From the NCBI GenBank assembly GCA_002633005.1, contig NMRA01000250.1, positions 211,112 through 275,111 of the forward strand: DNA of 64,000 nucleotides. The letters are read 5' to 3'. This DNA comes from Phoronis australis. Its lineage: Eukaryota; Animalia; Phoronida. The notes beneath the pieces were generated by a model, which did no database searches, was not told the DNA's origin, and saw nothing but the letters and a program-made list of their open reading frames with translations. Shown here piece after piece: positions 54,001 to 64,000 of this stretch (within the stretch, counting starts at the first letter, position 1; each line of letters opens with the position of its first letter). The translations under genes were made by a program, and so were the position numbers.

Positions 54001-57000
54001 AGTTGCGCCTTACACCATAGTACCTCAACGGTGTGGATACGGCCAGTTCCAGTGCTCGGTACGGTTTCAGTGTGTGCCCTGGCAGTTTCGCTGCAATGGA
54101 CGGTACGAGTGTGGAGACTTGACAGATGAAGCTGGTTGTGGTGGTAAGGGGAGATGGCATGACGAAATGTCTCAGTTTTGAAGTAGATCGTGTGTTTTTG
54201 TTCGATAGATGGTGTATTGTAAGTAGTGGGCTGCAGCATACGTAGAGGCGAGCACACACATCAGTCTTGACCCAATTTTCACATCATTTTCGGTGAACAG
54301 GCTTTTTGCCATGATTATGACCGCGTAGTCATCATGCATTAACAGAAGCCTTAAAATACAGACAAAATAATACAAGCATGAGCAAATATTTTGCGCAAAA
54401 CATTCACGAGGTTCTCGCCATCCTGTCACAATGGAAGTAAATCTCATCGTCTAAAACGCTAAAGTATAATCAGGTTACACATCCCTGAGATATCTACGAT
54501 AATATCGGATGCTTACAAGCCATGAACCATCCCACAATGCATTATAAAAATCACTGCAATGCCGTAGACGAAATCCCTTGAATTCCATGACTTGTCAAAG
54601 GCTGCACCTGCAGTATTAGCGTTGAGACATGATTATTGTATCATAAATGTAAATATTACCGGGTTCTCAAAAATATGCAACTTGTTTTATCTTTAATTTG
54701 CAAAGGCATGTACAGTGTGTCACTTTCAATTGATGAATTAAAAAGTGATTGCTTTGAAGTTTTGCTTGGCTCTCTTTTTGAAGGATGTGATAACCTGAGA
54801 ATATTACAAATGCTGCGGAAATTTTTTTGTTTTTTAAAAGAAAGTCATTGCAAAAATGCCAACTTCACGTGAATTTAAAAACGGCATTCATAGAGAGATT
54901 TCTCCTGCCAGTAGATTTAGGTAAATGTTTGCTTTCGGTTAGCAAATTCAGCAAAATTAATAAATACGAAGCAGCAGACATCCATAAGAAAGTAATTTTC
55001 AAACACTGGCTGAGTGAAACCTCCCACACCTTGATTGTCATGCAACGAAGAATCGTTTAAACACTTACATCCCGTAAGTTTTAGACGTCCCGTATTATGA
55101 TGAAGGTACCATGACTAATGTAGCGAGTCTTTCATTTGGCTGTCTGAAAGCTCAATCAATGCTCATGACATTGGATCAAAGTGCGAGTAGGTTATAAGCA
55201 ATTTCTTAGCTGTGTATCAATATTATTATTATTATTATTATTACTATTATTTTTACATAATGTGATTAAAATTGTCCGATTGATTCCAGGCGATGTTGCT
55301 GTGACTGCACTTATGGCGGAGAGAGTCTCGGCCAACTCTGTAACGCTCAGGTGGACTCCTCCGGTTCACCACAGAGGGCTGTCGTACGTCATCTCCTACA
55401 GGTAGGAGGGCGACCAGTGACTATACTCAGACATATACTACCCATAAGTGATATCCAGTCAGATCATCAGATTTTATGGGAGTATAACGAAATTGGATTT
55501 GCATATCAAAGTGATCACAATGCACCCAATGACAATATGGTTCCCACCGACAACACCAACCGTGTTTCACAGAGAAATATTCTACCTGTGATTAATGTTG
55601 TTTCTATAACGTTGTTACTTATTCAAAGTAAATAACAAATCCTATCTGTAACGCAAGTAATTGGGATTCAGCTGTTTATCATAAAGTATGATTAATCCCC
55701 AGTTTCTGTCATTTTCTTTTTAAGATATTAGAAAGAGAATTTTATGTTCAAAGAAGGATTTGTTAAGTAATGGTAATTTAAATGAACACTAGGCAACCTG
55801 GAGGAGTGCGTGCGTGCGTGCGTGTACTTGTGTGTACATTTGCTGACTGCTGTGTTTCGTTCATGCAGAGTTGTAGGTGATGTCCACTGGTTGAATCACA
55901 CATCAGGTGGCACTATGTACAAGTTCCCTCGCCTTCGGCCGGCAACGAGATATGAGTTCTTTGTCAAATGGAAGAATGGTTCTCACATCAGCCTCAAAGC
56001 TAGCAGAATCTTGACAGTGCGAACGCTAGATGGACGTAAGTTGGACAAGGACTTGTGTTGGTTATACCCTACGTTAAAGCCCTACGCAATGTCATCTGTG
56101 AAAACCATCACGATTTTGGTTTACATTTTGTGGTGGAACCCTCTTGAAGCTTTATTTTTAGTACTAATAACACAAAATCATGTTACTTTAAGGCATTGAT
56201 TTCATTGACTGTTTCAATAGAAGATTCACCACATGATTTTGTTCAGGGGGTGTGACGTAGTGAACACTATGGCAGGCTTTTAGTTGCAGTTTTGGTCAAC
56301 AGGTGTCGATACTCCAGCAGCAGGAGACATTTGTTGTATATGGTATAATATCACCAATCTCGAACAAAAATAATCTCTAGAATTGATGTTTTTCATTTCT
56401 AAAAGCTAACTTTGTCCCACAATTTCATTTTGATTTGTTTTTGCAGTTCCTTCAGCTCCCACTCATCTTCATGTTGAGAAGTGCTCCGCTGGCAACCTCT
56501 TCTGTCTGAGGATACAGTGGCAGAATCCGAGGGAGCCCAACGGTGACATAACACAATTCTATGTAAGTCTTATGGGTGTTAACTGGCTAGGCCTGTGTTT
56601 CCTAGACTTGAGTTGAGGAGACGAGACCTGGATACTGCCTCGTCGAACTTCTGTGTCCTGAAAACAAAGCTGAACTACGTGTTTCAGCATTTTAGTATGA
56701 ATTTTGAAAGTATTAAGGTTGATTTCTTATATTCATACCTTAAATGGTGCACAGCATTTTTCTTTGAGAGCCCTGTTTTTCGTGACGTCACTGAGGCTGC
56801 ACAGCACAAAGAGATATAGGTCATTGGCCATGCAAGTGCACAGTTAACAGATCAACCTGTGCATACTCACAACCTTTTCGCTTCTCTTCCCTGTGACGGT
56901 TATGCATTCCGGGGCCTAGCCAGCCAGTTAGCCATATAAAGACTATTATCAAAATACAGTTCGGTTCCACTCTGTGTTGAGCTCCGTTAGACCCCGAAAT

Positions 57001-60000
57001 TTCACACAGCCCCGGTATTTCTGCTCGTTGCCTCATCGTGAAACTTATATCAACATGTAGAGCTAACAACCAACGGGTGCATGCAAAATCTGAGAGTCAA
57101 ATGACACTCACCATGCCCGCTGCAGCCATTTAAGTGAAAAAAAATCTAATAAACATTTTCTTGCATAATTCTCGTCCCTTTAAGTTTTTGACAAGATATC
57201 GTCTGTCCTTTGATTATTGTCTACATATATTGGCAGATTTTTTGATGGCCCTTGAAGAGATGCATGACGGTATGTGCGCTGCTCTCAATTTCAGGTTTGA
57301 TATCATTGTGGCCAAGTTATGCATACTGCAGTCATGGGATCAATTCGATCAATGTTGCTCTTGGTTTTAAAAATGGTGAAATCTCTTCTTTTCGTGTAAA
57401 TTTTCAAAAGGGTTTTTGTAATTTTTTGATATATTTCCTTCTGTGTTTTCATGGTAGCTTTAATTGGCAAAGCTGAATAGAATTTGTCAAAATTCATTGT
57501 TGTTTCTTTAAACTACTGCATTCCTAGACTCCATCTGGATTTTTAGTCTATTTGACAAACATATTAAGAAAAACAGAATATGATGTCTTTGGGAGGCAAA
57601 GTGAGTGTTGAGATAAGTTTTATAACTAGTCAGACAACAATCTTTATTCGCTGGAACTCTTGAGAAAAAACGATGTCTTTTGTTTGAGGCAAATTGAGTG
57701 TTGAGAGGAATGCATGACCTGAGTAACATCAGATGGTCACTCTGTTTTTTGTATGTCCATCAGGTTTATTATAACTCATCATGCTCATCAACTGTGCAAA
57801 TACGCCTGTACACGCCCGCATCTGGCTTAGACTTCTCACAGTGGTTGTATAATTTAGACGCTGGGTGCCGCTACTATGTATGGGTAAGTTTAGAAGTTTT
57901 CTTGAAGTCTAGTGGGGTTCAAACATTATAGGAATAAACTGTTTTCACGGACAAATTATTAAAGTCAGTATTGTGCCCGGATTTTGTGTTACAACTACCA
58001 GAGAATTTGTATGGATTGGAAAACTGTCCATATACTTGACTGTTGAAATGTAGTTTTATAGCAATGAAAGTTAATTTTGAAAGTTTTCCAGGTAATTTTT
58101 TAAATGTCTGTGGTCAAACTATAAAAATTTATACTTTTGCTTCTTTTATGACTGAAAAAATCTGACTTTATGCCTTAAATCTCGAAACAATTGCGTGTAG
58201 TGGCGTTACTGCCATTTGTGCGTCAACAGTCATTTTTCATTGTATTTCAACGTATCGTATTCTAAGTGCGTTGTTTGAAGTATCCTCTTGCTTGATTAAG
58301 TACCCGTTCACTTATTTGGCAATTAATCTATCACCCCAATGGTTACAAGACCGATGTTTTCACTAGACTCAGATGTGAATTATACAAATATTTGTTACAA
58401 AGGAAAAATGTCACCTTAATGCTTCAAATCTGAATTTTTCAAATTTGTTTAATGCAACTTTTGTCATATCTCATCGTGATGACATTAGTTAGTCGTGCTG
58501 ATAGCTTACTTAGCAGAAATGTATTGTCCTTCAATTTTCCTCTGGAGTTCACTATCAAATTATTAAACCATAACTTTAGGTCTTTTTAAATTTCATTTTG
58601 CATTTAATTTTGTGCACATTTTTCAGGTGGCTGCCAAAACATCGGCTGGTATTGGTGCTGCCACTAAAAAGGTGCAGCAAACTATTGGTGAGGGCACAAT
58701 CCCAGCTGCTGTCCGTGTCACTCAACTTAGGTGTCATGCCATCACAGAGACTGCCGTGAGTAGGCCCGGTATTTGTCTGAATTTCTGTGTAATAGGCTAA
58801 GTATTGTATCATGTGATCAGTGTAATGGGCCCACATGCATGGCCTGCACACATCTGATGCAATGTTTACGAGACTGCCTGCATGTATTTGTGGTTAGAGT
58901 TCCGTTCGGTTAGCAGATTCTTTTAATTTTATATATTTCGTGCCCTCCCTCCCCTCGCCCTCCCCCTCCGTCGCAAGCACCTTTTTACAGTAACTATTTC
59001 CACTAATCTGTTGTAAATCACCATCAAGTTTTATTGTCTTACTGGCAGGCCTTGAAAAGACATCTGTGAAACTGATAACATCAGTTTGTTCATTGAGTTT
59101 AGGCTGCAATACTCTCACGAGTTGAGAGCAGTTTGGCTTTAATAGAATTTTGATTGTCAACGAGTTAGCAAGGGTCACTTCATGAATACATTTCCTGAGT
59201 TTAATCCAGAAAAATTTGGTGGAACTTGGAATCTCACCACATTTGTGCAAAAGCTTTTCCTAGTGAAAATATGCCTGATAAAACACTGCATACAAAAGCA
59301 CAGTGGCGTCTTTTGCTGGCATTATGCAAAGCACGTCAATGTTCTCAAAACAAGCTGATTACCACTGTCAAACCCAAGCCGTTTTTTAATGCTTGACGAT
59401 ACAAGTTCTTAGATATTGTTCTTGTGGTCGAATTTGTCTAGAACTAATGATAACACCGGTACTTGGCTGTCAGAATGTTACTAGTTTTTATACTAAACTA
59501 ACATGCATCAACGAGTGTTTGTCACCAGTCTTAATACTTTATCTATTTCAGATCACACTCACATGGAGTCCTGTTAACAGAACAGCTTTGGGTAAGGTGA
59601 AGGCTGATGGTTACTTCATAGAGTACCAATTTTATGACAAAATTGTGAAACAGAACATATCAGGCATAGGAACCACCAGTTTTACAGGTGAGTATGGACG
59701 GAATGGGCTATGTTGTGGTTTTCCTGGTTGTTGTTCGCAAAGGAATGGCAAAATATTGTATCTAAGTCACCATTTATATCAATAAAGTCAATTTTGCAAA
59801 CACTATAAATACAAGCCATGGATTTTTTGCAAATATTTATAATGAGAAATATAAATTTTGGAGGGTTTTTTAAACTGTTAATTTCATCTTAAGAATAATA
59901 GAGGAAGTGATACAATTACAGCTCGCAAATCGAAATCGTGTTATTGGCTGGAGATCAGCTCAGAAAGCACTAGAAAACGTTACATCTGAGTGGGCCCATG

Positions 60001-60566
60001 TCACTAAATATAGCTCATGTGTCCTGTGTGTATGGTTTTAATAAAACCATTCAGGGATGAAGCAAGTTGATCATTCCTGTCACTTGATGGAAAGTATTGA
60101 GCTTTCTTAGCTGGAGACCCTTCTTACAAAGTTGAACTCCTGTTTCAAAGATACATGAAACTAGTTAAGATTCTCTATGTAGCTATAACACTTATTTATT
60201 TCGTGAACTCCGTTTGAATTTTTTCAAAGTTTCTGAGAAGTTTATAATTTGCATACTCAGCTCACAGGTCATTATCAGTGGTTTCTGAAATGTAGCTCAG
60301 GCCATCGTGTTTGAGCCGTAGTGGCGAGGAATAAAGCAGGCCACTGCAAAATGCATAGCATAACAGCATTTTTTGAACTGGCATGAAAATGTAGGTCTGC
60401 ACGCCACCTGCTGGCCACATCACGTGATCTAATGAATGTAAGTCTGAAAAGATTTCTGCTCCCCACCAGGACTCGAACCCATAACCTTCTGCTAACTGTG
60501 CAGACGCTGATCAAACACAGAAATCCAATCAGACTAAGCAGTGGGCATCCCCTGTAAACTCAAGTG

Positions 60567-60611
<45 letters not shown>

Positions 60612-63496
60612 AAATCTTGGTCTGGTGTGGAAATATAGATTACAAGCATTTTATGTCTGGTCACTAGCGTCTGCGCCATTAGCAGAAGGTCCTGTGTTCG
60701 AGGCCCGGTTTGTGGGGCTGAAATCTTTTCAGACTCATGTTCATTGGGTCACCTGATGTGGCCTACAAGTGGCGTGCAGACCAGACTTAAGATGTTTGTG
60801 ATAACAGCGTTTTGTTGTCTTAGACTATAAGACTTCGGAGACTGAGAAGTGCCAACTATTTTAAATTTAAGTTAAAAGTTGATAAACAATCGGGATAAAG
60901 TTGATAAATTATCCACATTAATGTTGAAAGGATTTCGTTCACATTTTAACTTTTGATTATACTGAACATTAAAGCTGGTTGTCATAAACCTGTGAACAAT
61001 TGGTCTGTTTGCACACCATGTTGGTTTTGACATCATTGTCGAAGTGAAAATCAAGACACATTATCCACTGTTACAAGTGAAAGTCAAGACACATTATCCA
61101 CTGTTACAAGTGAAAGTCATGACACATTATCCACTGTTACAAGTGAAAGTCAAGACACATTATCCACTGTTACAAGTGAAAGTCGTGACACATTATCCAC
61201 TGTTACAAGTGAAGGTCAAAACACATTACGAGTGGCACACATGACAACTAGCACATAACTAAAAACAAAACAATTGCAGCCGGTCTGATACACGTTGTAC
61301 CAGACATGCGCAGGCCACGCATGTGGGCCCATTGCACTGATCACCTGGAAATATTTTTATGCTTTATTAATATATGGTTAAAACTGAGCTGAGGAGCTAG
61401 AAACCTGGCTCAAGGGTTTAGCAGTGTGTCCTGGTGGGACTCGAACCCACAACCTCGAGCAAAAAAGCGGACACTTATCAACTAGGCCACACTGTCTCCT
61501 CTAGCACATAATTACCAGCAGTTTTGACGTTTGTGAGATGTTTGAATATTTGTTAAGTCTTATGTCTTGAATTCTTGTTGTTTGCAGTTAATGATTGTTT
61601 AACGCTGTCTTTCTTCATGCAGTGAAAGGCTTGTCTCCGGGCATGATATTTAATTTTGAACTGGCACTGCGTAACCAGTTAGGCACCGGTCAGTTTTCCC
61701 AGATGCTGTGTAGGACGGCAGGTTAGTACATTTGAAACGGTTAGCAAATCTATGAAGTGTGAACCGCTTAAGTCATGCGTAGCATGGTTGATTAATGATC
61801 GAACTATCCTGTTGTTACTAAAAAGTGTAGTTCGTGCTTTTGAACACTTACTTTCGAGAAATGTAACTAATTTTTATGGCCTGACTCCTGTGATCATGAT
61901 GTTAATGTCGTGTGTAAGCTATCTTTTATTTATCACTGCGCTGTTTACTCAAAGTTCCTGAGAGATTTTTGGATTTTAAGGATTTGGGATCACAGAGCAC
62001 TTTTAGTGCGTGTTTTAAGGATCAAGAGAAGGAGAAGTATGTTGACATTTGCTCTCACTAAAACTAAAGGTCATAGGTCATAGACTTCATATTCATAACT
62101 TTGTTGTTTTCATTGTATGAAATTCCTAGTAAAACTGCCACTTACTTCGAGTACTAATCTCAGGCTCCGGTTAACGTATTCAGATGGGATATTGTGATAT
62201 CTATTTTGCTGCCTAGCTGTATGAAAGGAAACATTTTAGCATTGAAAAGCCGTTGAAAGTCTTCCTTGAGTAGAATGCATTGCCTCATGAGTAATTTTGG
62301 CAATAGCTCAGAAGGTGTTGTTGCAAACTTGTAGCTCTAATGATACAAGCCACAGTCAGCAGATTGGAAATAAAGGGGGCGACTTGAGAGACATTGGGTG
62401 TGAATAAGGACGTTGCAACTTGTGTGCAACATCACAGATCTGGTGCGTTGAGAATGTACAGAGTTAGTGGTCCTTATGCTATGAAATTATAGTCTGTGGT
62501 GGAATTTACTGTACTCTGATTGAATTGCGATGTAAGTTTCGATGATCAGATACATCTTGGTTTTTTCAGGTGTGCCGATTGTTGAAGTTCAAAATTTACT
62601 CACGACTCAAGGAGAAGGTGGGATTCAGGTGTTGTTGTCATGGAGTGCTCCCCGTTACTACGATACCTCCGTGAATTTTGTAAGTGTTGGTGTCATGCAG
62701 ACCCGTGTAAACACTACACTTGATGCGTGTGTTTAGTAGAAAGTAGCAAAAAAATGTTTGGCTTAGCTGTTACAGGTTGGGGTCTGTGTGTTGGATTTGC
62801 AGAGCGGTATTAAGATTTGGACCCCATCTGGCTTTTTAATGTTTCCTGAGGCGATGTATGTGTTCTGAAGAGAGCACACTTCAGTTTTACCTCGTACATA
62901 TGAGTGTTACCTCGTACATATGAGTGTTACCTCGTACATATGATCCTCTATATTGTTTAGTTTCCTTTCTTGGCATTTATTGGGGATTTCCAACAGAACT
63001 CGCAAGGGGTCCTTCGGAATCAAGTGGCGGGACTTTTTTTGGAATTTGTATTGTGTGTGAAACCACATCAACAGTAACTAAAGAGGTCGCCACGTATTCG
63101 ATTGCTGAAAGTTACATAGTAATGTTGCAAATTGTCAGAATTCTAATATTGTTGCAGCTGCACAAATCAACAGTCTGAGTTAAAATATCTGCACTTTTTT
63201 GTTGAGAAATGTAACATAATGAAATTCCATTTTGGACCATCGTGTCCCCTTAATAGAAGAGTTTTCACTGCAAGTAGTTTGTACTGTGTGTCTTCTCTTC
63301 TTTCAGCACTTCAAGGTTTACTATTCGTACAGCTCCAGCCCTGTCAATGACACGACACCACATCGTGGCACTGGCGACTCATCTATGGCCTTCTCCGACC
63401 TGGTCTCATGTGAGGACTACCGCTTTTGGGTCCAGATTGTTGTTCCTTACCTTGGACCGATATCAAAGCACCCTGCCAAGTTCCGCACTCCCTACG
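14878..63496 (+). CDS. SORL1: Sortilin-related receptor (SorLA/LR11) orthologue, multi-exon; start codon in gap, C-terminal FN3/TM/tail beyond window
   Basis: Domain order propeptide(RHKR)-VPS10P-10CC-YWTD-EGF-10x LDLa-FN3 is diagnostic of SORL1; 37 exons spliced by hand in consistent phase without stops. Confidence 0.95.
15313..15990 (+). mobile_element. 5'-truncated LINE (CR1/L2 group) 3' end with (GAA)n tail
   Basis: [23 protein letters not shown]...IEKVHRRAA...LNWPTL...[13 protein letters not shown], frameshifted; 3' UTR ends in aagaagaagaagaa. Confidence 0.88.
16888..17112 (+). CDS. SORL1: SORL1 exon 2 (VPS10P start)
   Basis: [16 protein letters not shown]...FVSYDYG; tttcag / gtaagt. 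Confidence 0.92.
17802..17963 (+). CDS. SORL1: SORL1 exon 3 (VPS10P)
   Basis: YIFTDV...TSTNYGRTF Asp-box-like; ttccag / gtaagt. Confidence 0.9.
18440..18507 (+). CDS. SORL1: SORL1 exon 4, copy a ([23 protein letters not shown])
   Basis: 68 nt, tctcag / gtgagt, Asp-box SxNFGxTW; supplies the phase 0 to 2 shift required by exon 5. Confidence 0.88.
20069..20136 (+). CDS. SORL1: SORL1 exon 4, copy b ([23 protein letters not shown])
   Basis: Duplicate of 18440-18507 with intact splice sites and two substitutions; probably allelic copy. Confidence 0.7.
21745..21940 (+). CDS. SORL1: SORL1 exon 5 (VPS10P)
   Basis: [15 protein letters not shown]...[13 protein letters not shown]; ttttag / gtaagt. 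Confidence 0.92.
22262..22354 (+). CDS. SORL1: SORL1 exon 6 (VPS10P)
   Basis: [31 protein letters not shown]; tttcag / gtgagt. Confidence 0.88.
23368..23673 (+). repeat. 43-nt minisatellite x7 containing SORL1 exon 7 acceptor
   Basis: ccaccatcRtcatggtgttttcag|gattactacattgYtgatR. Confidence 0.95.
23650..23819 (+). CDS. SORL1: SORL1 exon 7 (VPS10P)
   Basis: [18 protein letters not shown]...[13 protein letters not shown]; last of seven repeated acceptors; gtgtgt donor. Confidence 0.92.
23919..24177. repeat. 51-nt minisatellite x5
   Basis: ttttgtcMtgtgggacccttatcctatgggtggctcatggtggtgtacatg. Confidence 0.95.
24689..24887 (+). CDS. SORL1: SORL1 exon 8 (VPS10P)
   Basis: [16 protein letters not shown]...ITFDNGGYW. 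Confidence 0.92.
26461..26664 (+). CDS. SORL1: SORL1 exon 9 (VPS10P)
   Basis: CSLHLTQ...[10 protein letters not shown]...[12 protein letters not shown]. Confidence 0.92.
27055..27143 (+). CDS. SORL1: SORL1 exon 10 (VPS10P)
   Basis: [20 protein letters not shown]. Confidence 0.92.
28426..28601 (+). CDS. SORL1: SORL1 exon 11 (VPS10P end)
   Basis: YSTDMGETW...[20 protein letters not shown]. Confidence 0.92.
28690..29240. repeat. CT-rich low-complexity tract with assembly gap 28753-28922
   Basis: Pyrimidine-rich plus strand flanking N run. Confidence 0.85.
29421..29607 (+). CDS. SORL1: SORL1 exon 12 (10CC)
   Basis: [11 protein letters not shown]...CLLG...CFNG...[11 protein letters not shown]. 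Confidence 0.93.
32053..32193 (+). CDS. SORL1: SORL1 exon 13 (10CC)
   Basis: DYGFK...[15 protein letters not shown]; tttcag / gtaggt. Confidence 0.9.
33103..33185 (+). CDS. SORL1: SORL1 exon 14 (10CC end)
   Basis: [12 protein letters not shown]...TCP. Confidence 0.92.
33503..33675 (+). CDS. SORL1: SORL1 exon 15 (YWTD propeller)
   Basis: EFLLYS...CVYWAD. Confidence 0.92.
34004..34147. repeat. 46-nt tandem repeat x3 inside an interspersed repeat
   Basis: aattctaattacagaatgtctcggccatcttactaacttgcctctt. Confidence 0.9.
34350..34591 (+). CDS. SORL1: SORL1 exon 16 (YWTD propeller)
   Basis: [15 protein letters not shown]...PRSLALDP. Confidence 0.93.
34918..36212 (+). mobile_element. Helentron/HINE-like non-autonomous element with internal ~150-bp tandem repeats
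   Basis: Begins tttttatgcg, (gtcc)n microsatellite, eight diverged ~150-bp units each with ctagtggc-like core, ends before a T-rich tract; layout of DINE-1/pearl-type elements. Confidence 0.65.
36311..36648. mobile_element. Foldback/palindromic MITE
   Basis: gactactaaaaattcttt vs aaagaattttcagtagtc; ctgatgactattgaacactc vs gagtgttcaacagtcatcag; arms about 145 bp. Confidence 0.75.
36744..37029 (+). CDS. SORL1: SORL1 exon 17 (YWTD propeller)
   Basis: MYWADW...WPNGVAID...LYWTD...HPYAI. Confidence 0.93.
38145..38283 (+). CDS. SORL1: SORL1 exon 18 (YWTD propeller end)
   Basis: DEIYWTDW...GIMDLKI. Confidence 0.92.
38996..39199 (+). CDS. SORL1: SORL1 exon 19 (8-Cys EGF-like domain)
   Basis: NAC...CSFLCL...CRCPD...CHC...NGTC. 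Confidence 0.92.
39668..39793 (+). CDS. SORL1: SORL1 exon 20 (LDLa 1)
   Basis: [36 protein letters not shown]; phase 1-1. Confidence 0.93.
40504..40623 (+). CDS. SORL1: SORL1 exon 21 (LDLa 2)
   Basis: [36 protein letters not shown]. Confidence 0.93.
41225..41410 (+). mobile_element. SINE family B copy (degenerate head)
   Basis: Reverse complement of 61262-61495 core (ctagctcctcagctc, ttccaggtgatcagtgca, gggcccacatgc). Confidence 0.7.
41619..41744 (+). CDS. SORL1: SORL1 exon 22 (LDLa 3)
   Basis: [35 protein letters not shown]. Confidence 0.93.
42710..42884 (+). CDS. SORL1: SORL1 exon 23 (LDLa 4 and start of LDLa 5), probable GC donor
   Basis: CGASQFRC...[16 protein letters not shown]...[10 protein letters not shown]; AG|gctagt. 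Confidence 0.85.
43997..44232 (+). CDS. SORL1: SORL1 exon 24 (rest of LDLa 5 and LDLa 6)
   Basis: [19 protein letters not shown]...[16 protein letters not shown]. Confidence 0.88.
45000..45134 (+). CDS. SORL1: SORL1 exon 25 (LDLa 7)
   Basis: [35 protein letters not shown]. Confidence 0.92.
46829..46951 (+). CDS. SORL1: SORL1 exon 26 (LDLa 8)
   Basis: [36 protein letters not shown]; tttcag / gtacct. Confidence 0.9.
51533..51664 (+). CDS. SORL1: SORL1 exon 27 (LDLa 9)
   Basis: [37 protein letters not shown]; gtacgt donor. Confidence 0.92.
51633..51897 (+). repeat. 43-nt minisatellite x6 containing SORL1 exon 27 donor
   Basis: gaacagggctgtattactactactg|gtaggttaattcagactt. Confidence 0.95.
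52187..52595. mobile_element. Truncated copy of the piggyBac-type MITE
   Basis: TTAA|cccttatcctgc left end, colinear with 6747-7150; right TIR not found. Confidence 0.8.
52700..52817. repeat. 23-nt minisatellite x5
   Basis: ctttacatacataaagtaaagca. Confidence 0.95.
54003..54143 (+). CDS. SORL1: SORL1 exon 28 (LDLa 10)
   Basis: [36 protein letters not shown]. Confidence 0.9.
55290..55401 (+). CDS. SORL1: SORL1 exon 29 (FN3-1 N-half)
   Basis: [13 protein letters not shown]...YVISYR. Confidence 0.88.
55869..56035 (+). CDS. SORL1: SORL1 exon 30 (FN3-1 C-half)
   Basis: [11 protein letters not shown]...VRTLDG. Confidence 0.88.
56447..56562 (+). CDS. SORL1: SORL1 exon 31 (FN3-2)
   Basis: PSAPTHL...[17 protein letters not shown]. 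Confidence 0.88.
57764..57883 (+). CDS. SORL1: SORL1 exon 32 (FN3-2)
   Basis: VYYN...[12 protein letters not shown]. Confidence 0.85.
58627..58755 (+). CDS. SORL1: SORL1 exon 33 (FN3-2/3)
   Basis: [10 protein letters not shown]...[13 protein letters not shown]. Confidence 0.85.
59552..59687 (+). CDS. SORL1: SORL1 exon 34 (FN3-3)
   Basis: ITLTWSPV...GYFIEY. Confidence 0.85.
60395..60540 (-). mobile_element. SINE family A copy
   Basis: Minus-strand B box gggttcgagtcc followed by gaaatcttttcagactt...ggtggcgtgcagac. Confidence 0.75.
60567..60611. repeat. (TA)n(TG)n compound microsatellite
   Basis: Direct reading. Confidence 0.95.
60620..60805 (+). mobile_element. SINE family A copy
   Basis: gtgttcgaggccc B-box-like, gaaatcttttcagact...gtggcgtgcagacc; tail fragments also at about 9900-9955 and 16795-16860. 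Confidence 0.7.
61042..61228. repeat. 33-nt minisatellite x5.5
   Basis: aagtgaaagtcaagacacattatccactgttac. Confidence 0.95.
61262..61495 (-). mobile_element. tRNA-derived SINE family B
   Basis: Minus strand gtgtggcctagttgataag (A box) ... gggttcgagtccc (B box) plus body shared with 10850-11060, 41225-41410, 58812-58880. Confidence 0.8.
61623..61721 (+). CDS. SORL1: SORL1 exon 35 (FN3-3 end)
   Basis: [23 protein letters not shown]. Confidence 0.85.
62570..62679 (+). CDS. SORL1: SORL1 exon 36 (FN3-4)
   Basis: VQNL...VLLSWSAP. Confidence 0.85.
63307..63496 (+). CDS. SORL1: SORL1 exon 37 (FN3-4)
   Basis: FKVYY...[21 protein letters not shown]. Confidence 0.85.
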
Positions 63497-63805
63497 GTAA
63501 GCAACAATTTCGAGTGGATGGGTCTTCAAATTTATACTTTTTAATTTGTGTTGGCATTTTCTTTCTGCTGTTGAACGATCGTGCATTTTTTATGTTATTC
63601 ATTGTTTTTCATTCAATCTTAAAATGTCAAGTTTTTGCTGCATTAAGTGCCACAGTGAAGCCTTTTTCACAATTTTGAAATTGTGCACTTCACAAAAAGT
63701 AGGGCAAAATTTCCTTCAAAGAAATGTGACGCTGCAGAGTAACTTTCCTTCATTTCCTGGATTGTTCACAAGTGGGGTTGTCAGAATCTGGTGTTTGTGA
63801 CTTAT

Positions 63806-64000
63806 TATTGAGGAGACACATGCTTACTCTATATCTTCATATTGAGGAGACACATGCTTACTCTATATCTTCCTATTGAGGAGACACATGCTTACTCTAT
63901 ATCTTCCTATTGAGGAGACACATGCTTACTCTATATCTTCCTATTGAGGAGACACATGCTTACTCTATATCTTCCTATTGAGGAGACACATGCTTACTCT
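63806..64000. repeat. 34-nt minisatellite, at least 5 copies, runs off window
   Basis: tattgaggagacacatgcttactctatatcttcc. Confidence 0.95.

Noticed and set aside
61044-61244. ORF ([11 protein letters not shown])n
   Set aside because: Translation of the 33-nt minisatellite.

Overview
Eukaryotic, intron-rich animal DNA (AT-rich; probably an invertebrate bilaterian, taxon not determinable from sequence alone) with two assembly gaps (14071-14877, 28753-28922) and one single-N join (19569). Two head-to-head multi-exon genes: a CCDC191-like coiled-coil gene on the minus strand (11 exons traced, 12222 to 602, running off the window) and a SORL1/SorLA orthologue on the plus strand (37 exons traced, 14878 to 63496: furin propeptide, VPS10P, 10CC, YWTD propeller, 8-Cys EGF, 10 LDL class A repeats, FN3 domains; continues beyond the window). 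All traced junctions are phase-consistent, two of them only with GC donors. Introns contain tRNA-derived SINEs, LINE fragments, a piggyBac-type MITE, foldback elements, a Helentron/HINE-like element carrying an array of CTCF-like motifs and many minisatellites. Most notable: three minisatellites that multiply a real splice site (CCDC191 donor, SORL1 exon 7 acceptor, SORL1 exon 27 donor), and a 1.6 kb duplication giving two copies of SORL1 exon 4, probably an uncollapsed haplotype. Exon numbers are my own, within this window.
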